From a virus (lineage: Duplodnaviria; Caudoviricetes): a stretch of DNA of 35,489 bases. The stretch lies in IMG/VR virus record IMGVR_UViG_3300049924_000502, positions 1 to 35,489 of that record, one strand, 5' to 3'. Below are positions 1-8,573 of the stretch, piece after piece. The notes under the pieces are model-generated. The model saw only the letters and a program-made list of their open reading frames with translations, made no database searches and was not told where the DNA came from. Positions within the stretch are counted from its first letter, which is position 1, and each line of letters begins with the position of its first letter. A program made the position numbers and the translations under genes.

Positions 1-1
1 C

Positions 2-709
2 AAGATCCCGGAGCACGAGCGCGGTGTGGTACTGCACGGCGAGTGGGAGCAGCGCTCGATCGGCGGCGTCTTCCGCGGCGCCTTCGTGCGCAGCCGCCAC
101 GTCTCCGACGACGTACCCGACGGCGATGTCACGTTGGTGGCCGGGATCGACCACGGCGAGGGCGACTTCCGCGAGATGTTCGTGATTTCGGCGGTCACGC
201 CCGGCTCGCTGCCCGGCACGCAGGCCGTGCACGTCCTCGGCGAGTACGCCAGCGAGGGCTCGACGACGACGCGCGAGGACGCCGAGGGGATCGTCGCGCT
301 GCTCGACGAGCTCGGCGTCGAGTGGGGCGACCTGTCGCACGTGTACGGCGACAAGCCGACAACCGGGCGGGTCGGCCACAAGAGCAACCGCGAACTGCTG
401 GCGGCGCTGACCCGCATCTACAGCCGCCGCGCCGGGCGCTCGGTGTCGCTGCGCCCGATCTGGCAGGCGAAGCGCGGCCCGGGGATGGGCTCCGGCTCGG
501 TGTGGCGCGGCGTGCAGTGGCTCCAGCAGGCGATGCTCCGCGGGGACTTCCGCGTGCACTCTCGCGCCCAGCGGGTGATCGACTCGTTGGACAAGTGGGA
601 GAACGACAACAGCGAGTGGAAGGACGCCGTCGACGCGCTGCGCTACGCGACCTGGCCCTACGCGATGCGGGGTGGTGGCGGCCCCGCGGCGGAGATCAGG
701 GTACGATAG
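2..709 (+). CDS. terL: Terminase large subunit, C-terminal nuclease domain (5' truncated)
   Basis: Frame open from window start; RNase H-like acidic motifs 'VAGIDHG', 'VYGD', 'KDAVDALRYA'; lies upstream of the portal. Confidence 0.85.
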   Translation, partial: KIPEHERGVVLHGEWEQRSIGGVFRGAFVRSRHVSDDVPDGDVTLVAGIDHGEGDFREMFVISAVTPGSLPGTQAVHVLGEYASEGSTTTREDAEGIVALLDELGVEWGDLSHVYGDKPTTGRVGHKSNRELLAALTRIYSRRAGRSVSLRPIWQAKRGPGMGSGSVWRGVQWLQQAMLRGDFRVHSRAQRVIDSLDKWENDNSEWKDAVDALRYATWPYAMRGGGGPAAEIRVR

Positions 710-727
710 CCGCAATCGAGGTGCGAG

Positions 728-967
728 ATGCCCGACTGGCGACCGGACGGACACGGCGAGAGCCTGTGGGTGGAAGGCGAGCGTGTCGCCTACGTCCAGC
801 ACGACGCAGGCGGGGCCTACGGGAAGACCGTCGACCCCGGCGGAGCGTGGGGCTTCGCTCGCTTCGAGGGCCCGGAGGCGCTGACGACGGCGAAAGCGTG
901 GGCGGAGGAGAGTGTTCCACGTGAAACGGTGGCCGAGCCGAAGCCGAAACGGAAGCGGTCGACGTGA
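728..967 (+). CDS. Small hypothetical protein (79 aa)
   Basis: GAGGT SD before ATG; GTGA overlap with next gene. Confidence 0.65.
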   Translation: MPDWRPDGHGESLWVEGERVAYVQHDAGGAYGKTVDPGGAWGFARFEGPEALTTAKAWAEESVPRETVAEPKPKRKRST

Positions 968-1161
968 TCGCGTACCGTGTCGACGCGCAGCATACGACGC
1001 TCGAGAGCCACGCCGCGTCTCGCTCTGAGGTGCTGTACCTGCTGACGCGGGTGTCCGGACGGCAGCACGTCACGATCACCCGCTACGACCGGAGCCGTGA
1101 CGGGTACCGCGAGGTGGTCTACCAGGGTCCGGCGCGCCATGCCGATCGGGTGCAGTGGTGA
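964..1161 (+). CDS. Small hypothetical protein (65 aa)
   Basis: Fills the gap between neighbours with coupled start/stop overlaps. Confidence 0.55.
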   Translation: MIAYRVDAQHTTLESHAASRSEVLYLLTRVSGRQHVTITRYDRSRDGYREVVYQGPARHADRVQW

Positions 1162-2606
1162 TCGCCGCCTGGCTCGACCCTCTGCAGCGTCAGTCCGAGC
1201 CCTCGATGCCGGGCTCCGAGACCGATCGCGTCGAGCACACGCGTCTCCGGCGCCGCATGTTGTACGGGCTGTGGCGTGAGGACTTGCGCGCCCGGATCCG
1301 GCTCGAGCTGCGCTCCGAGGAACGAGCCGACGCGTGGGGCGAGCCCGACCTGACCGGAAACATCTACCGACCGACGTGCCAGAGCCTCGCGACGCTGTAC
1401 GCGCCGATCGCCCCGCGCCCCGCGGCGAGCGAGCCGGGCGGTGACGTCGTGCTCGAGATGGTCCAGCGCGCCGGGCTGTGGGACCTGATGGTCCGCGTCC
1501 AGCGCGACACGATCGGGCTCCGCGAGATGCTGGTGCGGGTCGAGGCCGTCGCAGCGCCGGGCAGCGCGCTCGGCTGGGAGCTGTCGTACCGACCGGTGTA
1601 CCCCGACCGAGTCGTCGCCGAGCCGCGTGAGGGGTGCTCGGACCTGCCCGGCTGCATCTACGAGGCGGTCCAGCTTGAGGATTACGACGGCGAGTGGGGC
1701 TGGGATGTGTGGGAGCTCGGGGACGACGGCGAGCCGCCGAGTCACCGCGTGCTGCGCGCCGACCGCTCGACGGTGGTGCTGGAGGAGTCCGGCGACGCCT
1801 ACCCGTACCGCGACGAGCTCGGTCAGCCCGTGCTTCCGTACTCGCTGTACCACGCAGAGCGCACGGGGTACCTGTGGGACCCGTGGGAGTGGCTGGAGAT
1901 CGTCGAGGGCGCCCTGCGGCTCGGCGTTCTCTGGACGTTCTTCGGCCACCTGATCAAGAATGCGTCGTGGCCGCAGCGCTACATGGTGGGCGCGTTCCTG
2001 CCGGCCACGACCGCCGAGGAGTCCGACGACGCAGGGCGCACCTCGGCCCCGCCGCGGGTGCGGGTGGCGGCCGATCCGGCGCTGGTCCTCGTGCTGGCGA
2101 CGGATCCCGACAGCACGGCGCAGCCCCAGATCGGGAGCTTCGCGCCGGGCAGCGACCCGCTGGCCGTCGCCAACGCGATCAAGGTCTACGAGGGGCGCGT
2201 GACCGCGCTCGCCGACGTGGACCCCGCGAATCTCCAGAAGGTCTCGGGGGATCCGCGGTCCGGCTACGCGATCTCGGTGTCCCAGAACTCGGCCGAGCGG
2301 GCTCGGATGCGGTTCCGGCCGCAGTTTCTTCGCGGGGACCTCGAGACGCTGCGGGTGAGCGCGGCGGTGCTGGGCTCGCGGCTGGGCGTGAGCCTGCCGG
2401 GGACGGGGTACACGATTGAGTACGGACCGCTGCCGGCGGTCGAGGGAGGGGCGAATGGCCGAGGAGGGAGCACCGGAAATGGTGCCACTCGCACGTCTGA
2501 CAGCGGTGACCGAGGCGCGCAAGGCGGCGGAGACGCAGCTGGCGACGGTGCGGGAGCAGCTGACGCAGGCGCAGGCGCAGGCGAGCGAGGCAGCGGCGAT
2601 CCGTGA
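1155..2606 (+). CDS. Portal protein (start may be 1158)
   Basis: About 480 aa between terminase and scaffold/capsid; portal-like 'YPYRDELGQPVLPY' and 'SGYAI' segments. Confidence 0.8.
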   Translation: MVIAAWLDPLQRQSEPSMPGSETDRVEHTRLRRRMLYGLWREDLRARIRLELRSEERADAWGEPDLTGNIYRPTCQSLATLYAPIAPRPAASEPGGDVVLEMVQRAGLWDLMVRVQRDTIGLREMLVRVEAVAAPGSALGWELSYRPVYPDRVVAEPREGCSDLPGCIYEAVQLEDYDGEWGWDVWELGDDGEPPSHRVLRADRSTVVLEESGDAYPYRDELGQPVLPYSLYHAERTGYLWDPWEWLEIVEGALRLGVLWTFFGHLIKNASWPQRYMVGAFLPATTAEESDDAGRTSAPPRVRVAADPALVLVLATDPDSTAQPQIGSFAPGSDPLAVANAIKVYEGRVTALADVDPANLQKVSGDPRSGYAISVSQNSAERARMRFRPQFLRGDLETLRVSAAVLGSRLGVSLPGTGYTIEYGPLPAVEGGANGRGGSTGNGATRTSDSGDRGAQGGGDAAGDGAGAADAGAGAGERGSGDP

Positions 2607-3042
2607 GGCTTTGAAGGCGGCGCAGGACACCGTCAAGGCCGAGCGCGACGCGTGGACGCAGGAGCGCACCATGCTCGAGCGCGGGCTGACCTCCGCGGAG
2701 GCCAGAGACGCCGCGCTGTTCTTCCACAGCCGCCTCCCCGCCGAGGGTCGCCCCGAGCTCGCCGCGTGGCTGGACGAGATTCGGCAGGATCCGACCAAGG
2801 CGCAGGCGGGGATGCGCGCCTACCTGCCGCAGGCGGCCGCGACGACCACCGCTGCGACCACGACGACGACCACCACTGCCGCCCAGGTCCAGCGCCGCGT
2901 CGAGTCGACGCCCTCGGCCGGCTCGGTAGTGAGCGTCGAGGCGATCCGCGCCGCCGGCGAGCGGGCCAGGAGCGGGCGGAAGGAGGACCTCGACGCCCTC
3001 GCGGCGCTGCGTGCGCGGCTGGCGGAGGAGCGGCGGCGGTAG
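2455..3042 (+). CDS. Capsid scaffolding protein
   Basis: GGAGGG SD before ATG 2455; 'VPLARL' followed by Ala/Glu/Gln coiled coil and a Thr-rich linker; directly upstream of the capsid gene. Confidence 0.75.
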   Translation: MAEEGAPEMVPLARLTAVTEARKAAETQLATVREQLTQAQAQASEAAAIREALKAAQDTVKAERDAWTQERTMLERGLTSAEARDAALFFHSRLPAEGRPELAAWLDEIRQDPTKAQAGMRAYLPQAAATTTAATTTTTTTAAQVQRRVESTPSAGSVVSVEAIRAAGERARSGRKEDLDALAALRARLAEERRR

Positions 3043-3068
3043 ACGCCGCGCCCCCACTGGGGTACGCT
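3040..3068 (+). promoter_or_regulatory. Putative sigma70-type promoter for capsid operon (TAGACG-N17-TACGCT)
   Basis: -35 and -10 hexamers with a 17-nt spacer at the start of the long intergenic gap before the capsid gene. Confidence 0.55.
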
Positions 3069-3080
3069 CTCGGCACATAG

Positions 3081-3169
3081 GCACGCGCAGGGTGGCACCC
3101 GTCAACAGCCGTCTCGCAGCGCTGCCGAATCGCCTCGTAGGGTCGCACCCGTCAACAGCGCAGACGAGG
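3081..3169 (+). ncRNA. Candidate tandem structured leader RNA (two pseudoknot-like units)
   Basis: AGGGT-SGC-ACCCGTCAACA-GCS at 3089-3110 and 3139-3160, with covarying loop/tail bases. Confidence 0.55.
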
Positions 3170-3225
3170 ACACCAGGATCAACACCTGATGTCCCGTCGA
3201 TCTGCGCGGGACGGGAGCACCCACA

Positions 3226-4206
3226 ATGGCCGCGACGCTGTTCGCCGACGTGCTGACCGATCAGCGCGTGTCCGAGCTGCTGAACCAGGAGTACCTGCTC
3301 CTGGCGGCAGACCGCAACGCTCTCCCCAACCACCCGGCTTTGTTCTATGCCGGCGACTTCGGCCAGGCCGGGGCCGGCGGCTCGGCCGGCTCGGTCCGCA
3401 AGGTCCCGATCCTCGGTCTGCAGGGCTTCGACCTGCCCTCGACTGTGGGCGAGGGCGCCGCCGCTGTCCCGATCCGGATCACCGATCAGCAGTTCTCGAT
3501 CTCGGTGGCGCGCGGGGTCAAGGCCTACCAGCCCTCCGACGAGGCGCGGTTTACCGACTCGCTCGGCGTCTACTCCACCTCGACGTTTGCGATGGACGCG
3601 ATGGCATCGCACTCGCTGCGGCTGACCAATGCGATCGCGGGCCTGGTGGGCGGGTTCAGCCTGAACCAGACGACCACCGGCGTCGATCTCACGGTGGCCG
3701 TGTTTCTCGCGGCGATCACCGACCTGGAGACCGGCAGCAACCAGAGCTTCGCCCCCGGCGACGCGATGTGCGTGCTGCACACCCAGCAGGTCGGCGACTT
3801 GCGGGCGTCGTTCTCTACGGCCACCGGTACGGTGCAGTGGACGGCGGTGGCGCAGGAGCAGCTGACCCTGAAGGGCAACGGATATCGGGGCCAGATCTTC
3901 GGGGTCGACGTGCTCTCGAGCGGCTACGTCCCGAGCGCCAACGCTGGCGCGGATCGCGCCGGCGGCATGTTCTGCCGCGGCGGCATTGCCTGGGCCCGGA
4001 TGTCGCCGGTCGCCGACATGGCCGACCAGGTGGTCATCGGGTCCGGCGGGGTGGGTCCTGCGCCCGTGATCCCGATCCTGTTCGAGCGCGATCGCGAGGC
4101 GCTCTCGGGCCTCACCGCCTACGTCTCGACGAGCTGGCTCGGCGCCACCCGCGGCTACGACACCGCGCCTCACCGGATGGGCGTGTCGATCATCACCGAC
4201 CTGTAG
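3226..4206 (+). CDS. Major capsid protein (HK97-fold expected)
   Basis: 326 aa after scaffold; capsid-like 'VLHTQQVGDL', 'GQIFGVDVLSS' and 'ILFERDRE' segments; GGAG SD. Confidence 0.85.
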   Translation: MAATLFADVLTDQRVSELLNQEYLLLAADRNALPNHPALFYAGDFGQAGAGGSAGSVRKVPILGLQGFDLPSTVGEGAAAVPIRITDQQFSISVARGVKAYQPSDEARFTDSLGVYSTSTFAMDAMASHSLRLTNAIAGLVGGFSLNQTTTGVDLTVAVFLAAITDLETGSNQSFAPGDAMCVLHTQQVGDLRASFSTATGTVQWTAVAQEQLTLKGNGYRGQIFGVDVLSSGYVPSANAGADRAGGMFCRGGIAWARMSPVADMADQVVIGSGGVGPAPVIPILFERDREALSGLTAYVSTSWLGATRGYDTAPHRMGVSIITDL

Positions 4207-4224
4207 GTCGCAGAGGAGAGAGAT

Positions 4225-4827
4225 ATGGCCACGCTCCGCAAGGATCCAGCGCCCGCGCAGTCTGCCGGCACTGTGCTGCCCCGGTTCGTCGGCGAGTCGG
4301 TCGACGACCAGGACGCGAGTACGATCAGTCCCGCGACGGCGCCCCCGTTCGTGCTGGTCTGGGCGCGCGGGGACTACCAGATCCTCGGCCCCGACCGCCG
4401 CGTCCTGCCGCGCCTCGTGCAGCACCGCCTGGATGAGGGCGTCGCCGGGGTGCGCCGCCGCCGCGACGGCAACTGGGATGTCGACGGACTCGTGAGCGAC
4501 AGCAGACAGGCGCGCAAGCAGGTGATCCCGAGCTCGCTCGGGTACTGCGTCGGCGCGGCCGGCTACCCCGATTGCTGGCGGCCGGTGTGGTCCGAGGTGC
4601 GGGGCGGTGCGATCGTCGAGGACCAGCGCGCCTACCAGGCGTGGGTCGAGTCGCTGTACGACAGCGGCGAGATCCCGCGCCCGACGGCCGATCAGTGCCG
4701 CGCGCTGGCCGAGCGCCATGACAGCCTCTGCGCGATGGACCCGAACAAGGGCGGCCACAGCCGCGAGATGACCGCCTACGCCGCGATGCGCGACGCCGCG
4801 CTCGCCGCCGCCGAGGTGGCGTCGTGA
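4225..4827 (+). CDS. Hypothetical protein (200 aa), head module
   Basis: GAGGAG SD, ATG start, coupled to next gene. Confidence 0.75.
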   Translation: MATLRKDPAPAQSAGTVLPRFVGESVDDQDASTISPATAPPFVLVWARGDYQILGPDRRVLPRLVQHRLDEGVAGVRRRRDGNWDVDGLVSDSRQARKQVIPSSLGYCVGAAGYPDCWRPVWSEVRGGAIVEDQRAYQAWVESLYDSGEIPRPTADQCRALAERHDSLCAMDPNKGGHSREMTAYAAMRDAALAAAEVAS

Positions 4828-4979
4828 GCGAGCGCGGACACCCGCACGACTCCTACGAGTCGACGCGGAAGATCAACTACGACCGCTGCCGCCGCGAGGG
4901 GATCCCCCCCGACGCGGCGCGCAAGATCGCCGACGAGGCCGCTCGTCGGAGCCACGACCAACTCGACAAGAAGGGGTGA
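4824..4979 (+). CDS. Small hypothetical protein (51 aa, MSERGHPHDSY...DKKG); not in ORF track
   Basis: GAGGT SD, GTGA overlap, fills gap exactly. Confidence 0.65.
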   Translation: MSERGHPHDSYESTRKINYDRCRREGIPPDAARKIADEAARRSHDQLDKKG

Positions 4980-4983
4980 CCTG

Positions 4984-5496
4984 ATGCCCGTCCTCGCACT
5001 GCAGGAGGCGGCAGGGACCGCCCTCACCAACTCCGTCGCCGAGACCCGCCTCGGCGTGTACACCGTCGCCGCCGGCTCGATGGCCGTGGGCAAGATGTAC
5101 CACGTCGTGGCGCAGGTCCGTGCCACCGCGACCAACGCCACCGACACGCTCCAGGTGCGGTTCCGGGTCGGCCCGACGACGCTGACCGGTACGGCCGTGT
5201 GGGCGTCCACCGCGGTCGATGTGGCCAACGACGACATCGTCACGATCGACCTGTGGGGCACGGTGCGCGCCGTGTCGGCGACCGCCGGGATCATTTTCTG
5301 GACCGGGTTCGCGACGATCCCGGGCGCGTCGGGCACCTCGACCGGCCGCGAGGCCTTCGCGACGGTGAGCTCGCTGAACAACCTCTCCGCGGCGCAGCTC
5401 TTCGAGATCACCGGGATTTGGTCGGTCGCCAACGCCGGGAACTCCTGCCAGCTCGAGACGTTCCTGGTCGAGGAGAAGCTGGTGGGCAAGGGCTGA
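4984..5496 (+). CDS. Virion structural protein, beta-rich (decoration/fibre-like)
   Basis: Thr/Val/Ala-rich 170 aa between capsid and neck genes. Confidence 0.6.
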   Translation: MPVLALQEAAGTALTNSVAETRLGVYTVAAGSMAVGKMYHVVAQVRATATNATDTLQVRFRVGPTTLTGTAVWASTAVDVANDDIVTIDLWGTVRAVSATAGIIFWTGFATIPGASGTSTGREAFATVSSLNNLSAAQLFEITGIWSVANAGNSCQLETFLVEEKLVGKG

Positions 5497-5499
5497 TCC

Positions 5500-6234
5500 T
5501 TGGCCGCCACCCCGCGATACACGACGCGCCTGGACTCTCCCCACCTGATCGAGCTGGGGCAGACCACGGTGCTCGTGTGCCCGGTGTACTACCAGGGCGC
5601 CCTGGTGACGCCGAGCGCGGGGACGATCACGATCTCGGACGCCGGGCAGGCCGCGGTGATCAGCGCCGCCGCGGTGACGATCTCGGGCGGGATCGCCCAG
5701 TACACCGTCAGCTCCGGCACGACGGCGTCTCTCTCTCCGTCGTCCGGCTGGCGGGTACTCTGGTCCCTGACGCTGCCCGGCTCGATCCCGTGGCTGCAGC
5801 GCACCGAGGCCTACCTCGTGCGCCAGCGGCTGTACCCGACGATCGCGGACGCCGACGTCGCACGCCGCGTCCCCGCGCTGGCGACCCAGAACCAGGGCAG
5901 GCCGACGGCCTCGGCGTCGTACCAGGGCCTGATCGAGGAGGCGGACGCTGAGGTGCAGCGACGGCTGCGCGCAGCGGGGCGGCGCCCGTGGCTCGTGATG
6001 TCCCCGGCCGACCTGCGCGAGTCGTGGCTCACCTACACGCTCGCCCTGATCTACGACTCGCTCGCCGGGCAGGGCTCGCCGACCGACCCCTACGCCGAGC
6101 GCGCTGCCCACTACCGGGCCGCCTTCGAGGCCGCGTGGGCGCAGGCCGCGCTCACCATGGACTGGGATCAGGACGGGTACCAGGACTCGACGGAGCGGGT
6201 CTCCGCGAAGCCCGCAGGTGTGTGGCTGTGCTAG
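5500..6234 (+). CDS. Head-tail adaptor with N-terminal beta-rich domain
   Basis: Position; helical C-half ('IADADV...LIEEADAEVQRRL...YAERAAHYR') typical of adaptors. Confidence 0.6.
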   Translation: MAATPRYTTRLDSPHLIELGQTTVLVCPVYYQGALVTPSAGTITISDAGQAAVISAAAVTISGGIAQYTVSSGTTASLSPSSGWRVLWSLTLPGSIPWLQRTEAYLVRQRLYPTIADADVARRVPALATQNQGRPTASASYQGLIEEADAEVQRRLRAAGRRPWLVMSPADLRESWLTYTLALIYDSLAGQGSPTDPYAERAAHYRAAFEAAWAQAALTMDWDQDGYQDSTERVSAKPAGVWLC

Positions 6235-6683
6235 CCCCCGACCAGATCTTCGTGCGCCTGCAGGCGCAGCTCCAGGCCGGGCTACCGGACTGGCGCCCGT
6301 CGCGTCACAGCTACGAGCTACTCGAGACGGCGCCGGACGGGGCCGAGCTCGCGCATCGCACCTGGTCCGTGCAGCTGGCGGAGACGATCCCGCAGGCCGG
6401 TCGCCAGGCGCTCACGACGACTGGGCACCACTGCCTGTCGCTCGTCGGCCTGCGCTGGCTGTACCGTCTGCGCGTCGAGGTCCGCGACGAGGACTACGCC
6501 GGTGCGCTGGTCGACGAGCTGCGGGTCCTGCAGGCGGCGCTGGCCACCGACCGAGATCCGGAGCTGCGCCTGCAGCTTGCGTCGAGCCTCACGCGCCGCG
6601 AAGTGCAGACGACCACCGGGCCGCTGCTCCTCGGCGAGATGCGATTCCAGGTCCCCCATCAGGTCGCACTGACCGGAGGCTGA
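6228..6683 (+). CDS. Putative tail terminator/completion protein
   Basis: About 150 aa immediately before the tail tube gene; 3' part of ORF 5988-6683; start 6222 or 6228. Confidence 0.55.
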   Translation: MLAPDQIFVRLQAQLQAGLPDWRPSRHSYELLETAPDGAELAHRTWSVQLAETIPQAGRQALTTTGHHCLSLVGLRWLYRLRVEVRDEDYAGALVDELRVLQAALATDRDPELRLQLASSLTRREVQTTTGPLLLGEMRFQVPHQVALTGG

Positions 6684-6684
6684 A

Positions 6685-7221
6685 ATGGCCGCAGAGTCCA
6701 CCTACATCAAGACCTCCACGATGGGCACGCTGGTGATCACCGACGGCGGTGCCGTATCGCTGACGCTGCTGTACGACCGCGGTGACGTGTCCGTGGGCGC
6801 GCTCCAGCACAAGCTGAACGAGCACGTCAAGATCGAGCGCCGCGGCAAGTTCGTCAGCAACGCTTACGGGGCGCGCATCTATCCGGCGTTCAACTTCTCA
6901 TGCTACGTCGGCAACGTGGTGGGGTCGAGCGGGGTGGCGCCCGGGACGCCGATCGAGATGCTCACGGCGCTCGGCGCCTACAGTGGCAACACGAACGTCG
7001 CCGGCGTCGGCAGGCCCACCACGGTCAACCTGCGGATCACGTTCTCGGGAACCGCGTTCGGCGACACCGCCAACGAGACGCTGACGGCAAACAACGTGTT
7101 CTGCTCGCTGCAATTCGCCGAGGCGATGGACGGCAACACGCTCACGATCACGGGCGAGGTGCTGACCAGCGTGGTCTGCGTCAACTCGTCCAACACGGTC
7201 ACCTTCTCCCAGATCGCATAG
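6685..7221 (+). CDS. Major tail (tube) protein
   Basis: GGAGG SD; beta-rich 178 aa upstream of the tail chaperone and tape measure. Confidence 0.65.
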   Translation: MAAESTYIKTSTMGTLVITDGGAVSLTLLYDRGDVSVGALQHKLNEHVKIERRGKFVSNAYGARIYPAFNFSCYVGNVVGSSGVAPGTPIEMLTALGAYSGNTNVAGVGRPTTVNLRITFSGTAFGDTANETLTANNVFCSLQFAEAMDGNTLTITGEVLTSVVCVNSSNTVTFSQIA

Positions 7222-7230
7222 GAGGCAGCG

Positions 7231-7752
7231 ATGCCCACCCTCGTCTCTCCCTCCGCCAGCGTCAGCGTCTCGATCGTCGAGTCCAACACCGGCCTCGGTG
7301 TGGGCTCGGGGCTCACCGCCTCGCTCACCCACGCGTTCACGCGCTCGCTGTCGCTGGCCGTCGGCGCGAGCGGGTCCGGCAACGTCGACACGGTGTACTC
7401 GAGCCGCCAGTCGATCGTGAACGCCTCGCCGCTCGACCTCGACGTGCGCGGCACGCTGACCAGCCGGCTCGACGGGACGACCGTCAACTTCCCGTTGATC
7501 GTCGGGATCTTGATCGTCAACAACTCGACGACCGCGGCGGAGACGTTGTCGCTGGGGGTCGGGACCAACCCGGTCACGAGCTGGATGTCCGGCACGACTC
7601 CGGCCGTGATCATCGGCGCCGGGGGCTTCCTGTTCCTGACGGCTCCGGTGGCCGGCTACGCGACGACGGCGGGTACCGCGGACATCGTGCGGATCGCGGC
7701 GAACAGCGGGACGATCGTGACCGACATCGTGATTTTCGGGCGGGCGTCGTGA
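7231..7752 (+). CDS. Virion structural protein (173 aa, Ser/Thr/Val-rich)
   Basis: AGGAGG SD; composition; location in the tail module. Confidence 0.65.
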   Translation: MPTLVSPSASVSVSIVESNTGLGVGSGLTASLTHAFTRSLSLAVGASGSGNVDTVYSSRQSIVNASPLDLDVRGTLTSRLDGTTVNFPLIVGILIVNNSTTAAETLSLGVGTNPVTSWMSGTTPAVIIGAGGFLFLTAPVAGYATTAGTADIVRIAANSGTIVTDIVIFGRAS

Positions 7753-8162
7753 TCGTCCAGATCAACGGCCAGCCCGTCGAGCTCGTACTGCCGCGCCTGG
7801 TGGTGCGACACGACATCGCGGCCTCGGTGGTCACCGACGGCAAGCGCGAGCAGACCGCCCGTCGCGTCCTCGCGGCCGCGCTGCTCCTGTGCTGGTCGGC
7901 GGCGGAGTTCCGGCGTGCGCCGCGGTATCGCGGCGACATGCTGGAGTACGGCGGCGAGGCGATCGAGTGGCTACTGGAGCAGGGCGCCACGATGCCGGAC
8001 ATCGTGGCCGCGGGGCAGGCCGCGGCCAAGCTGGTCCTCGACTCGCTCGCGACGGCGCAGGACCACGAGCGTGCCAAGGGAAACTCCGTGGCGCCGGCGG
8101 CTGGCGCATCCGTGAGCAACGCCGCATCGAGCGCTGGTGGGGGCAGCCTCCCGACTGGCTAG
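7749..8162 (+). CDS. Tail assembly chaperone (gpG-like)
   Basis: GTGA-coupled start (MIVQINGQPVEL...); in-frame slippery heptamer G-GGA-AAC at 8078-8084. Confidence 0.75.
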   Translation: MIVQINGQPVELVLPRLVVRHDIAASVVTDGKREQTARRVLAAALLLCWSAAEFRRAPRYRGDMLEYGGEAIEWLLEQGATMPDIVAAGQAAAKLVLDSLATAQDHERAKGNSVAPAAGASVSNAASSAGGGSLPTG

Positions 8163-8326
8163 GGACACTGCCGCCCGAGGTGCAGGCAGAGCTGATAGAG
8201 GAGTGGCGATTGGAGCAGGAGGAGGCGCGTGAGCAACAATCTGCGGGGCTCCATCCTCACGCTCCCCGAGCGCGCCAAGGCCGCGGCGCGGGTCGCACCT
8301 CGTCGAGCGCTGGCCGTCGCCGCTGA
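8078..8326 (+). CDS. -1 frameshift extension of tail chaperone (gpGT-like)
   Basis: The -1 frame after GGGAAAC reads '...IERWWGQPPDWLGTLPPEVQAELIEEW...' to stop 8326. Confidence 0.7.
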   Translation, partial: GKLRGAGGWRIREQRRIERWWGQPPDWLGTLPPEVQAELIEEWRLEQEEAREQQSAGLHPHAPRARQGRGAGRTSSSAGRRR

Positions 8327-8573
8327 CTCCGTGGTCGCGTCGGCGCGTCAGCAGTGGCCCGTGAGCACGGGTCGCTCGCGCGCGGCGCTCGGCGCCACGA
8401 CCCGCGACGAAGGCGTCGCGATCGTGGACACCGCCGAGTACGCGCTCGAGATCCTGTCGCGCGGTGTGCGGCCGTGGGATGCCTACGTGCTGACGCCGCT
8501 GCGCCTCGCGCTGCAGGACCAGATCCCCCGCGCGGTCGCCGCCGAGCTGGTGCGCGAGGTGTCCGGTGGGTGA
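8229..8573 (+). CDS. HK97 gp10-like tail component
   Basis: GGAGG SD; 'ARQQWPVSTGRSR' and 'TAEYA' motifs; 114 aa. Confidence 0.7.
   Translation: MSNNLRGSILTLPERAKAAARVAPRRALAVAADSVVASARQQWPVSTGRSRAALGATTRDEGVAIVDTAEYALEILSRGVRPWDAYVLTPLRLALQDQIPRAVAAELVREVSGG

Noticed and set aside
700-707. GGTACGAT as another promoter of the GGTACGNT type
   Set aside because: No -35 at 17 nt and no TG extension; too weak to call
1119-4758. Long - strand ORFs (1119-2798, 2179-4758) and similar long Arg/Pro-rich ORFs elsewhere
   Set aside because: Shadow frames of real genes in high-GC DNA; low-complexity translations without motifs
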